Assembly (NCBI GenBank): GCA_951406725.2
Contig: OX597824.1
Span: 55,986,001-56,050,000, forward strand
Length of the DNA: 64,000 nucleotides
Direction of reading: 5' to 3'
DNA from: Octopus vulgaris
Lineage: Eukaryota
The stretch's first letter is position 1; each line of letters starts with the position of its first letter. The translations under genes and the position numbers were made by a program. The notes under the pieces are model-generated. The model was not told the origin of the DNA. It saw only the letters and a list, made by a program, of their open reading frames with translations, and did no database searches. Shown one piece after another: positions 13,350-26,093 of this stretch.

Positions 13350-13900
13350 ATCTAGGGAATAGTGTTTATTAAAGCTGAAAAATTTTTCACAAACTGTTAC
13401 TCAGTTTTATGTGACCATTTGTCAGACAGTTGCAATAATACTAAATAAAATATCAAAAATAGTTAAATTGATAAAACATTATGTAAAAGCAAGAAAAAAT
13501 AAAATAGACTCTATCCAGATATGGGAATTACAAATATTTAAAAGGACTGTAACAGAAGTGCATGTTGAACTGTAAGACTGTATTATATTATATATTCTTG
13601 CACTGCCTTTTGCACTTCTATTTTATTCTTCCACCTAAGCCAACCTCACTGGCAGCCAACCTTAAACCATTATATTTTTTTAAAATCAGTTACCCAATCA
13701 GATTGTGCTCATTCATTGAACTGTAAGACTATGTTATATTATATCATTATATTATATATTCTCACATAATTTATTTTTTAGTATTATCACAACTGTATGA
13801 TGACCAGTCACATAAAACTCTTGAGTAACAGTTTGTGAAGACTTTTTTGGTTTTAATGAATAGTATATTACTCTACCTTTGGTATTCAAGTACTATATTT
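13350..13900. repeat. Inverted repeat pair, probably Penelope-like pLTR remnants with decayed hammerhead core
   Basis: 13360-13445 (ttcacaaactgttactcagttttatgtgacc...gtcagacagttgcaata) is the reverse complement of 13780-13865. Confidence 0.55.
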
Positions 13901-13959
13901 TTACCAAAGAGATTCTATTAAATTCTCCATTCATTTTTCGTGTTAGTATGTGTTAGTTT

Positions 13960-15655
13960 GACAAAAGCATGCTAGTCTCTGTATGGAGAAGTTTTGAGGA
14001 AGTTGTCTTTTTGCCAAGTGATGAGATGTTAGAGTATGCATAGAGCGACAGAAATAGGTGTCTTGCAGGAAAGGAGATACATGGTTATCTCAGTAGGCAA
14101 GAGTAGAGAGAGAAAGAGGAGAGATAGTAAAGATGTAATTGGGGGGTGGGGCTACAGTGAAGTTACAGGGAGGTGCATTTAAGTGAAGTGTGAAGAAGGA
14201 TTGCATTGAGCTGGTGGGTAAGTTCAAGAGATGTGGAAGATAGGCAATTTAGTGAGTGGACAGAAATTGAAGGAAGGGGTGTTAAGAGAATATGTTGTGA
14301 GGAGGAGATTCAACCTTGGAGATTGGAAGATAGAAGGGAGGGGAGTAAAGCAGGTGGTGAGCATCGGTGGAGGAAGAGGGAGGTGTTGGAAAGATGGGAT
14401 GTGGGAGAAAGGTTTGTCAAGGACAGATTGTATGCAGGGTGGGATGGCATGGATATAAAGGGCATGCCCTTTTGGCCTTGGTTTTTCAAATACAGCAAAT
14501 TACCAGTTACTTTGGTCCTTTATCATCTGCTCTGTGAGGCTCAGCTTCTTTAGATTATTTTCACCACTTTGTCTATCTTCCTAGGTCTTTGTCTCTCTCA
14601 GGTTCCCTTGTCCTCATCCATATGCATCACATAACCATACAAATACAATCTTCTCTCTTGCGCATTACATGTGATACTACTTATACCCAATATTTCCTAT
14701 GTAAATTTACACTTTGTCAGATGTACATACTGATATTGCATATCCAGCAAAGCATACTGGCTTCACTTCTTTCAAACCATCACATATCCTCTATAGTTAC
14801 AGCCCACATTTCACTACCATGTAGTATAGCTGTTCATACGTAAGCATCATACAATCCATCTTTCACTCCGAGGGAGAGGCCCTTTGTTACTAATAAAGGT
14901 AATTGTTCCCTGAATTTTACCCAACCAAGTCTGAGTCTAGTAACAATGCTTTCAGAGTATCCTCTGCCACTGTTAACTTGGTCACCTAGGTAACAGAAAC
15001 ATTTCACTATCTTCAAGGATCCTCCTAGATATTGGAGGAAGTCTATTTCTTGTGTGTTCTTAGTGCTTATACACACAAAGACTACTTTCTCTCTTGACTT
15101 TGTTGTGGTTCCACTGCCCCTCTTATGTGTCCATAACTTGTATTTGGTACATTGTATTGAATTTCTACCTACATTTTACTTACATATTGAGCAGAGCCAT
15201 TTCCTTGAAGAGATTAGTTAATGTCTGCTTTCCTGCTTACTAGTACTTTGGCCTTTGCTAAATTAACTCTAAAGCCCTTTGATTCCTGACTGTACTTATA
15301 CCTAAAATTTCTTCTCTAATTCTACTATAGATTCAGCTATAAGAACAAGGTCGTTAGTGTAGTGGAGCTCCCTTGGGTAACCAATTTTAAATTCCTGTTA
15401 TAGCCTGGAGGAATATGATAAACAAGAAGGTGCTGAGAGTTGAGCCCTGTGCATTATACTCATTGCTGACTTTTTGACTTTCACCTTACCCACAGCATTC
15501 TTGTACATTGCTTGGATGACTTTCATCAACCGCTCATCTATCCCTAGCTTCTGCAGCAACCCACCAGATGAGGAGGCAGGGGTCCATGTCAAAGGCTTTC
15601 TACATATTGATAAATACCAAGTACAGTGGCTTAGTTTTAGCTAAATGCTTCTCCA
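13960..15655 (-). mobile_element. Old degraded RTE LINE
   Basis: ORF fragments CFCYLGDQVNSG...LPLLVTKGLSLGVKDGLYDA and QKLGIDERLMKVIQAMYKNAV; CT-rich 3' UTR. Confidence 0.85.
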
Positions 15656-15869
15656 AAAAGCATAGAAATTATGCTGTAAAATTATGAAAAGTTTATACAT
15701 TATAAATTTATTAAAGAAATACTGTATCTATGGAATAGGAATTGAATCAAAAGTCTAATTCAAAAGGTACTTTGTCTTTTATTTAGAAACAGAATTAACT
15801 TAGATTTGATTATTTTCAATGCAAAAAACTGTGAAATTAATATCTGAGAAATAGAAAATGTTAATGCCT

Positions 15870-16040
15870 TAGGCACAGACGCAGATGTGTGTGTATGGAG
15901 TTTGCTTTGTCACTACACAATCACAAGTTCTATCCCAATGTGTGGCATCTTGAGCAAGTGACTTTTCCAGTAACCACAGGGCAACCAATGTTCTGTGAGT
16001 GAAAGTGGTAGATAGAAATTTTTTCGAAGCCTGTTGTGTG
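15870..16040 (+). mobile_element. Degraded SINE 5' part
   Basis: Similar to the SINE head and body at 2325-2470. Confidence 0.55.
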
Positions 16041-18029
16041 TATGTGCATGTTATTGTATTAATTGCTGGCAAGTACATAGTATTTTGTTTTGCACCAAGT
16101 ATATTAAAGCTTTATAAGTCAATATTGTGCCTTTTGTGTTAGATGTGTGATGTTCACTCTTTAAAGTTTATTTCTACATTTGTACTATAGAATCTAGAGC
16201 CAGTCAAAAATCTGTAGAGTTATATATATATATATATAAAATACAAAAGGGGACAAGGATGCAAAACATCTGGACAACTAGTTGATACAAAAAGGGACAA
16301 CAAAACATCCAGATAGACGATACACAAAAACAAGGATGGGTCATTCAAAGCTTTCTATCCTCAGTCAGTAACCAGATCATCCTCACAATTTTGGCTGATT
16401 AATCTTGAGATTGCTCCAATCTGGCCAGCCCCAAGGAAAAACTAAGCTAAGAGCATTAGATTCCTTGGAAGAAAGCATTGGATGTATACAAAAACAAGGA
16501 TGGAAAAACAGATGATGTTATATGAATATAAATACAAGATACAATAAAATTGATAATAATAATAATAATAACAGGACATAACAACAGGTGTCTTTCGACT
16601 GGGAATGAATTGAATTCAGCTGGCGTGTGTGGAAATGAAGCCTTACAGAGATGCAAAACTTTCACAAACACAGGGAAGAATATTGATGTTACAGTGACCA
16701 CAATCAGACGCAAAAAGAGGGCTAGCAGTCTGGCCTATTGGTTTGAGGAGAGAAGAGAGAGAAAAAGAGGAACAAAAGAATTAAGGAGGGGAAGAGGAGA
16801 GAGGGAGTTGTAGAAGCAGATGGACAGAAGAATTAAGGAGGGGCAAGAAAAAATGACAGGTACATATTGAAGTGAAAAGTGAGTAAGAAAGGCAAAGAAA
16901 TGTGAGAGAGGGGGAAACAAAGAATGAAGAGTGGAATGAAGCATGAAAAAGTCATACAAAATTATTTTTTAGGGGGTCTGGGAATAGAGCTAAGTTGTTA
17001 GATAAATGAGTGGTATCTATCTTTCTGGGTAAGGTGTGCAGTAACAGAGGCCTGTTATTGTTAGTTGTTTTATTTGTTTTCGTTTTTGACCTAGTGTTAA
17101 ATGAATGTGTGTGGGGTCTAAATTGCCTGGGTGTAATGCCTTCCATGGTTTCATCAACTGTGTGTGGTTGGTTGTGATTGTGATGGTTGTTGCTTGTTTT
17201 GCTTGAAGGAGGCACTCCACATATTAAAGTACAACTTTCCAACACTGCTTAATAAACATAACGAGGAACTAAGCACATGCAACCACCGCTTTTATCACAC
17301 ATTTAAATTCTACCACAAATCCAAATATCTGAATGACCATACAGTACATTTCCACAATACTCCTTAGGTAATCCCAATAACGTTATAAACTTACACTCTA
17401 ACTCCTAATCCCTATCTAGTTCCTCACATATACAACCATCTGATTATATTCATACGTATGTGCATACACCTATGTGTGCGTGTATATGTATGAGTGAGGG
17501 TGTGTATGTGGGGATGTATAAATACATGTATGCAAGGTATATATACCTGCATATACAGGGGCAATGATACATGCAGATGGGTTAATATATAGATCCGCGC
17601 CTGGGTGGGAAAAATGGAAAAGAATATGTGTAACAGGTGTAAGGCATCATATATTGAATGAATATGACGAAAAAAATGCGTGCTGACAAACGGGGCTGTG
17701 GGGAGGGGGCTCGGAAAATTCCCACGATCAACCGTAGAGGATCCAAGCAATAAACCTCAACACCCGGTCGCAGGAGCGCAACAGAAATCGTCTAAATACT
17801 TCTAATGCAATGTATATTCAACAAATATCGAGAAAAAAATGCGCACTGACAAACGGGTGTGTGGGGAGGGGGCTCGGAAAATTCCCACGATCAACCGTAG
17901 AGGATCCGAGCAGTAAACCTCAACACCCGGTCGCAGGAGCACAACAGAAATCGTCTAAATACTTCTAATGCAATGTATATTCAACAAATATTGTTGGGTG
18001 GACAAACACACACACACACACACACATAT

Positions 18030-18195
18030 ACATTTATACGACGGGCTTCTTAAAGGTTCCGTCTACCAAACCCATTCACAAGGCTTTTGCTGGCTCGAGG
18101 CTATAGTAGAAGACACTTGACCAAGGTACCACGCAGTGGGACTGAACCCAGAACCATGTGGTTGGTAAGGAAGCTACGTACCACACAGCCATCCA
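18030..18195 (-). mobile_element. SINE 5' part
   Basis: Minus strand reads gtggatggctgtgtggtacgtagc...ggttctgggttcagtcccactgcgtgg. Confidence 0.8.
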
Positions 18196-18403
18196 CTCTT
18201 TCTCGAACACATCTCCTCTAAACCCTGCCAGCGTTGTTTCCCCGAACACACTTCTTGACAAAACTCATATTTTATTGTAACTTTCAAATAAAATAATAAA
18301 AAAAAAACCTTAATTTCATATTGATGTGGGGAAAATACTCCGAAAGAAATGTTTACAGAAAGGTGAGTAGATTCATTACACAATTCATTTCATTATGTTA
18401 CTG

Positions 18404-18603
18404 CAGTTTAGTGAGATTTGGCTGTTATTTCTAGCATGAAAATAGCTGGCTTGAGGGATATATATATATATATATATATTTTTTTTTTTTAATTTTACAA
18501 ACAAAAAGTGAAAACTGAAGTAATGGGGAGGGGGGAATTTGATATATCCCCCTCAAGCCGGCTATTTGCATGCTAGAAATAACAGCCAAATCTCACTAAA
18601 CTG
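18404..18603. mobile_element. Palindromic MITE-like element
   Basis: Arms of about 60 bp: cagtttagtgagatttggctgttatttctagcatg...catgctagaaataacagccaaatctcactaaactg. Confidence 0.75.
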
Positions 18604-19716
18604 TTGCGCTCCTGCGACTGGGTGTTGAGCTTTACTGCTCAGATCCTCTACGGTTGATCGTGGGAATTTTCCGAGCCCCCTCCCCACAGCCCCGTTTGTC
18701 AGCGCGCATTTTTTTCATCATATTCCTTCAATATATGATGCCTTACACCTGTTACACATATTCTTTTCCATTTTTCCCACCCGGGCGCGGATCTATATAT
18801 TAACCTGCAGATGAATGTGTAAGTGAGTGTGCTTGAGTGGATATGCATGCAAGTAAGGATTGTATATGTAACTTGTCTGATATACGCATGTATATACATC
18901 TTCACATATATATTTTCTCATATTACTAAGCAAGGAACTGCTAAACATATAAATTCCTTAATTCTTCATACTACTAACCCCATATCTCTATCTCTCTCTC
19001 CCACTACACTTAGACTCTACTACTACACATTTGTCATTCCTTTACCTCTTACCCCCCTCCCGATTCCTTCCATCTTTTTACACTATAATACCTTTCTCTC
19101 TCTCTTTCCCCCTTCATATCCCCACTCCTACTTTCTTATTATCTCCACTGATCACTGACTGATCTATATCTTCATTTTTCTTTTTCTTTATTCCCTTTAT
19201 ACCTCTCTTCAGGGTTTTTATTTATTATTATTATTTTGTTATTATTATTTTACTAATCTTTTTCTTACTTCCTTCTCCTTTCTCTCATTTTTTCTTTCTC
19301 TTCTCTTTTTATTCTTTTTTTTTCTCTTTCTTCACTCCTCTCTTCCTGTTTTTGATTTGACCTGACTAATACACTCCCTAATTTTAGGTCACTTTAAATT
19401 AAAACCTTTGACTCTGTAACATTGTATATAAATTCTCTACTGGGAATGACCAAGTTTAAAAATCTGCTGGATCTTAGTCATAAGGGAATTTTACATTGCT
19501 TATAAACTCTTTATTTGGATGGACTCGTTTTAAACTCTGTTGGACTTTTGGACTTTACTCATAGGATATTGGAATATTGCATGTATACCATTATGCCTAA
19601 AAAATGGATTTACAACTTCAATACCCATACATATCTTGCATGTATTCTTTTTCCTCCACCTCACTCTCCATTTTGTATCACATCTAAACTAACTATGACT
19701 TAACTATCCTCTCACA

Positions 19717-19772
19717 CCATCTCCGATGAAGGGATATAATTAATAAATATCTTAGAAACAGCTGTAAGACCT
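19717..19772 (+). ncRNA. Minimal type I hammerhead-like ribozyme (variant core CCGATGA)
   Basis: tct CCGATGA a gggatat-loop-atatctt a GAAA cagctg TA aga. Helix III is palindromic (ACAGCTGT); cleavage triplet GUA. Confidence 0.6.
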
Positions 19773-20029
19773 TCTATCTATAAATGTTCTAATATCTACA
19801 CAGCCTTGGTTTTTTTTTATCTTATTAAGCAAAAAATTCTTATATACACACGCTGACATAGAACCAATGTTGAACCCTTTATTCGCAATATTACCGAATC
19901 TGGAACTTAACTATGGTCTGTCTATAGCACTTATTCAGCATTACCTGACACCTTTGGGTCTCAGTGACACCATTATCTCTTACAACCTCAACTATATATA
20001 TATATATATATTTAATATATATATATATA

Positions 20030-23000
20030 TGACACGGCTGTCCCTCATCCCAAGGTCTCAGAGGCCCACACCTCCCACACCCTCAGAGTTGGCACACTCA
20101 GTGTTGGCACATTGAAAGGTAGGTCTGGTGAGATTGTTGAGCTGCTTGAACGGAGATGTGTGGATTTGTGCTGCATCCAAGAAGTAAGGTGGAGAGGAGG
20201 TTCCACTAGGTTCCTCACAGGCAAAGAACACAGGTACAAGACTTTTTGGGCAGGGAACATTGACGGGGTCGGGGGCATGGGTATATTTCTTCCGGAGAAA
20301 TGGGTAGATAAGGTAATCGAGGTGGTCAGAGTAAGTGACAGAGTACTTAAGTTTAGATTAGTGCTTCACCGTAGGCCAGCTACCATCATTTTGGCATATG
20401 CCCCTCAATTGGAGGGGCAGAAAGACCGATTCTACGACACCCTATTGCAGACTACCTCGTTGACAAATGACAGGGACCTTCTCTTTGTGGCAGGTGACTT
20501 CAATGGAAATGTTGGACGACATGTCGGGCGCTTCCATGGCGTACATGGAGGCTACGGTTTTGGTTCTAGCAATGAGGAGGGAACCAGGCTGCTGGAGTTC
20601 TGCGATGCAAATGACCTTATGGTTTGCAATACCAACATCAGGAAACCCACCTCTCACCTAGTCACCTACCGTTCTGGCAGACACACTAGCCAGATTGACT
20701 ACATCCTCGCCAGAAAGAGGGAAAGAGGGCTGCTTATAAATGCCAAAACCTTCCCAGGCGAAGAATGTACTCCTCAACATAGATTAGTAGTTAGCGACTT
20801 CAGGATCAAGGCTAAATGGTTGCCCAGAAGAAGACCTGCTTGGAGGAGAAGGGTCTGGAAGCTTATAGATCCTGCAAATGGACAGAGATTTAGAGACATA
20901 CTACTCGAAGTCTTCGATGAAATAGAAGGGGATATAGCTTCACATAACGTGGAAGGAAACTGGAGGTTTCTACAATACAATCTGCTGACAGCCACTGACC
21001 AGATCTGTGGATGGAGCAAAGTCCCATCTTGACCCAGGGTAACGTGGTGGTGGAACAATGTTGTTGACAGGGCTATTAGACAAAAGAAACAGGTTTGGAA
21101 AGACTGGAAGAACAGTGGTAGCAGGGAAGTGTATCAGACTGCCAGAATGGAAGCTAGGAGACAGGTTTATTTAGCCAGAGGGGAAGCAGATAAGAAGAAA
21201 TTTCCCAATGTTCTGCGCCGTGAGGACCAAAGACTTGAGGTATTTCGTGTTGCAAGACAGTGTGTGAGAGAATCGTGATGTGGTAGGAGAGAAATGTGTT
21301 CACATGGATGATGGTTCACTTGCGCTAAATGAGGATGCAAAGAGAGAGGTTTGGAGATGCCACTATGAAAGGTTGCTGAATAAAGAAAATGAATGGGATA
21401 AAGAGGGACCAGGTATCCGAGTTGACAATTCTTTGGTAGTTAAGGCAATTAGAAGCATGAAGACAGGGAAAGCCCCAGGCACATCAGGAATTACTGCAGA
21501 GATGCTCAAAATATCTGGCAGTGTCGGCTATAGCCTAGTCACCCGTATAGTTAACCAGGTGATACACGAAGGAGTCATACCCAATGACTGGTGTAGCAGC
21601 ATAATAGTCAACTGCTACAAAGGTAAAGGTGACGCCCTAGATACAAATAATTACAGAGGTATCAAGCTGTTGGATCAGGTAATGAAGGTTACGGAGAGGG
21701 TCATAGCCCAACTGATTAGGAAGAGAGTCAACTTGGACGAGATGCAGTTTGGTTTTGTGCCAGGGAAAAGCACCACTGATGCCATATTTCTGGTGAGACA
21801 GCTGCAGGAGAAATACCTAGCCAAAGATAAACCTCTGTACCTGGCTTTCATTGACATGGAGAAAGCCTTTGACAGGGTCCCCCGATCCCTTATCTGGTGG
21901 TCAATGAGGAAACTAGGGATAGATGAATGGTTAGTGAGAGCTGTACGAGCCATGTACAGGGATGCTGTTAGTAAGGTTAGGGTTGGCAACGAGTACAGTG
22001 AAGAATTCCGAGTAGAGGTTGGGGTCCACCAAGGTTCAGTCCTCAGCCCCCTCCTATTTATCATAGTCCTCCAATCAATAACGGAGGAATTCAAGACAGG
22101 ATGCCCCTGGGAGCTCCTCTGTGCTGATGACCTAGCCCTAATTGCTGAGTTACTATCAGAACTGGAGGAGAAATTTCAGGTGTGGAAGCAAGGATTAGAA
22201 TTGAAGGGCCTTAGAGTCAACCTAGCTAAAAACCAAAGTTCTAATAAGTATGAAGGTAGACAAATCACAAACACCTTCAGGTAGATTGCCCTGCTCGATC
22301 TATAGAAAAGGCGTAGGTAGAAACTCTATAAGATGCACCAAGTGTAAGCTATGGACACATAAGAGGTGCAGCAACATCAAAGGAAGGCTAACTAGGAAGA
22401 TAGTATTTGTATGTGGCAGATGCTCAGGAGCAATAAACACTGAAAATACGCAGAGACCATCTTCCGCCACATTCCAGGGAGAAAAACTAGAAATAGTTGA
22501 TAGTTTCCGTTACCTATGTGACCAAGTCAGTAGCGGGGGCGGGTGTGCTGAAAGTATAACTGCTAGAGTAAGAATAGCCTGGGCAAAGTTCAGAGAGCTC
22601 TTACCTCTGCTGGTGACAAAAGGCCTCTTGCTCAGAGTAAAAGGCAGATTGTATGATGCATGTGTACGAACAGCCATGCTACATGGCAGTGAAACATGGG
22701 CCGTGACTGCTGAGGATATGCATAAGCTCGCAAGAAATGAAGCCAGTATGCTCCGATGGATGTGTAATGTCAGTGTACATACTCGACAGAGTGTAAGTAC
22801 CGTGAGAGAGAAGTTGGACCTAAGAAGCATCAGTTGTGGTGTGCATGAGAGACGTTTGCACTGGTATGGTCATGTGGCGAGAATGGATGAAGATAGTTGT
22901 GTGAAAAAGTGCCACACCCTATAGCGGTTGAGGGAACCTGTGGAAGAGGTAGACCCAGGAAAACCTGGGATGAGGTGGTGAAGCACGACCTTCGAACTTT

Positions 23001-23597
23001 AGGTCTCACCGAGGAAATGACTAGAGACCGAGACCATTGGAAGTATGCCGTGCGTGAGAAGACCCGGCAGGACAAGTGAGGCCATAATACCGTGGCCTCT
23101 ACCTGGGATGTAGCCAACCCACTTATGCGTTACTTTCCTTCTTGGGACACAAAACTCCACTTGTGAAGACCTGTTGAGGCAAGTGAAAATCAAATCAAAA
23201 TCAAAATCGTAATCTATCAACATCAGTGGAATCTGTAGCTGTGATACCAGTGCTGGTGGCACGTGAGAGAACCATCCGAACGTGGCCATAGCTTCCGTAC
23301 CGGTGGCACGTAAAAAGTACCATCCGACCGTGGCCGTTGCCAGCTTCGTCTGGTCTCCGTGCCGGTGGCACGTAAAAAGCACCATCCGATCGTGGCCATT
23401 TGCCAGCCTCGTCTGGCATGTAAAAAGCACCCACTACACTCACGGAGTGGTTGGCATTAGGAAGGGCATCCAGCTGTAGAAACACTGCCAGATCAGACTG
23501 GGCCTGGTGCAGCCTTCTGGTTTGCCAGACCCCAGTTGAACCGTCCAACCCGTGCTAGCATGGAAAGCGGACGTTAAACGATGATGATGATGATGAT
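20030..23597 (+). mobile_element. Near full-length RTE LINE (APE endonuclease + RT + PHD finger) with stops and frameshifts
   Basis: ORF 20112-21032 (IQEVRW, AGDFNG, SQIDYIL, QHRLVVSDF); ORF 21280-22284 (QFGF, DMEKAFD, HQGSVLSP, ADDL); ORF 22250-22924; 3' UTR array; (GAT)n tail. Confidence 0.97.
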
Positions 23598-23749
23598 ATA
23601 TATATATTTAATGGATCTTAGGAAGCTTTAAAATGTACTGGCACTCATTTCTAGGTGCTTTCTTACAGCTTATGAAAGTGATTACATAATCCTGATGGTA
23701 AACTGTAAAGTACAAATTTATTGAGTTCTAACAACTGGCTATTTGAATC

Positions 23750-24075
23750 AGTATGGCTTAGTGAATTCCCAACCACATGGTTCTGGGTGTAATCCCACTG
23801 CGTGGAACCTTAGATAAGTGTCTTCTATTTTTGCCCTGGGCTGACCAAAGCCCTTTGAGTGCATTTGGTTGATGGAGACAGAAAGAAGCTGGTCATGTAT
23901 ATGCGTGTGTGTGTGTGTCCCACTACCGCTTGGCAACTGGTGGTGATTTGTTTATGCCCCTGTAACTTAATGGTTTGGCAAAAAGATACCAATAAAATAA
24001 GTACTGGGGTTGATTTCTTTGACAAAACTCTGCATGGCTACAGTCCAGTGGCTGAAACAAGTAAGAGTTAAAAGA
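23750..24075 (+). mobile_element. tRNA-derived SINE (degraded)
   Basis: Homologous to 4660-5085; ends gctgaaacaagtaagagttaaaagag. Confidence 0.75.
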
Positions 24076-25115
24076 GTATGTGTGAGAATGTTTATTTTTT
24101 GCATTTCACATGAAAGCATTGAACCAAAAAATTGGTGGCTTTTGTTGACATACCTTCTCAAAAATGCATTCTTTAGTTTTTATGTTGAAAGTTGAGTGAA
24201 ATAAAAAAATCCTTTACTTGTAAAACAAGTAAGAGTTTGCAACAGTAAGGTTATCTGACCTGTAACAGTTCCCTGATAATATGTACTTTTCCAACCCTTA
24301 CTAGCATGAAGAAATATAAACAAACTATTTTTTCAGAGTGAATTTGACATTAGAGATTCTATTAAATGTATTACAAATTACTTGTAAATTATTGAAAATA
24401 AGGAGACACTATCTATTAATAAATGGGGGTTTGATTAAAAAAAAAACTGAAATCCAAAATTTACAAATGCCTTTTGCAAAGAAACAGAATTCCTTCTACC
24501 AGATCCTCCTTCACAGAAGCCTTTAAATCTGATGTAATTGTTTTTACTATAGAAAACAGCCAAATGAATATCTGTGAGCTTGTAAATTTTAATATCTTAT
24601 TACAGTTTACATTTATTTAGTTAGAGTGAATGTGATGTGAGAGGTTCTATTAAATGAAATAAATATTATTTTGTAAAGTATTGGAAAGTTCATCCTGATA
24701 AAATTCATTTTCAAAGCACTAACTATAGAATAAGTATTTCTAAGAAAATACAAATCCAAAATTTACTAATGTCTTGTTTTTAAAAGGATTGCTTTTACAT
24801 GAACTTTTTTCTTAAGAAGATTTGATTTTCAGTGCAGAAAATAGTCAAATACTTGTAAAATTTGAAATTTTAGCACATCATATTTGCATGTAGTTAGAGT
24901 TGGTTCATTATATTTTACCAACTTTAACTCCTCATGTCTAGCTATAACTCCATGGTAATGAAGACATAAACACTTCAAAAAATAAATCAAAAGTGAATGT
25001 AACTTTTTCTTTTTCTTTTTTTCAGTTTTTAAATGACCAAAATATAAACTCTTCCATGTTGGAATTGATGATTATTTTAAAAAGATATTTGTTTAACATG
25101 TTTCTTTTTATCTAG

Positions 25116-25174
25116 TCTGTGATTGAAGCTGTTGCCACTGCAGATGACATTGATACTGAAGGAAATGTAGGCTG
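25116..25174 (+). CDS. VPS54: Internal coding exon of VPS54, phase 0-2, SVIEAVATADDIDTEGNVG(C)
   Basis: tttctttttatctag acceptor, gtatgt donor, 59 nt. Matches recalled 'CVINKVSQTEEIDTDVVV'. Phases are compatible with both neighbouring exons. Confidence 0.85.
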
Positions 25175-25731
25175 GTATGTAGATAAGAATTTCCTTTTCT
25201 ATTGAACAACAAACACCTTATGAATGGCATATATTTATAAAAATTGTGCAACATATAATGATATGTCAGCAAGTGTGCCAAAGTTTTCAGTCAATTTGAT
25301 GCATATGGCACTACCTATATTTGACACAGAAGCTGCTGTTTGCTTAAAGTCAATGAACACATGTTAGAGGAGTAAATATGATATCATTCACTGAAATACA
25401 TGTGTGCACACTAACATGCATATATAAATACACAAACATATAACTACACAACCACACAGAGACAAACGAGAATCCCTGTATTGCACTACATTATATATAC
25501 ATAGGTATACGCACACACATACACAAGTGCATTAAGTATTTCTCTGTGATATAAACACATACACATGGTGTAATCTTTGTATCTCCAGCTGAGTGTTTTC
25601 TATTGAATTCATGTACATTATTTTCTAATTTATTTTATTTTTTATACATATTTTTAAACACTTACTATAATTTTTTTTTTTATTTACCTGCTTTACTTTT
25701 TTTCCTACCACTTGTTTTCTCTTTACAATAA

Positions 25732-25945
25732 CCCTTTCGTTACCATATTTGTGTTGAAATACATTACCTTTTTTTCAATTAATTTTCAAAATAATGATGA
25801 ATTTAGTTAAATAACTTTGTCGTTATTTAGTTGGTGTTCAAAACATAAATTAACAAGTACTTTTTTATGGTAGTTTTAATTTAGATCACTTTAAAATAGG
25901 AAGTTTGTATCATAGAACCGGGGGCAGTTTCAGGTGGGTTGGTGG
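25732..25945 (+). mobile_element. Short piggyBac-like non-autonomous fragment
   Basis: Starts aCCCTTTCGTTACC, the same terminus as at 49403 and 42166. Confidence 0.5.
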
Positions 25946-26051
25946 ATGGTCAATTCCCTAAACTTCGATCCAGCATCTTAATAAATATACAAAACATTCT
26001 TACTGTTCATGATTATACCAAGCTAATTTTATCTTGTATCCATCATCCATA

Positions 26052-26084
<33 letters not shown>

Positions 26085-26093
<9 letters not shown>

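Larger units (their letters stand above)
16235..19990. mobile_element. Cluster of rearranged Penelope-like element (PLE) fragments with direct and inverted terminal repeats
   Basis: PLE C-terminal motif CLFCLKEALHILKY...LLNKHNEELSTCNHR (17190-17300, +). Tandem ~160-bp duplication at 17670-17990. Inverted copy of 17575-17785 at 18600-18810. Hammerhead-like core at 19720-19769. Confidence 0.7.

Noticed and set aside
13785-13845. Functional hammerhead
   Set aside because: The core is decayed (ATGATGA, AAAA instead of GAAA) in both inverted copies; kept only as a repeat remnant.
21675-22094. Recurrent antisense ORFs in RTE copies (MNSSVIAWRT...)
   Set aside because: Shadow frames of the RT coding strand, repeated only because the copies are paralogous.
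23358-23400. Pistol ribozyme resemblance (CGTG stem, loop pseudoknot, AAA linker)
   Set aside because: The P2/P3 helices and catalytic-core arrangement of pistol are absent; only a simple H-type pseudoknot is supported.
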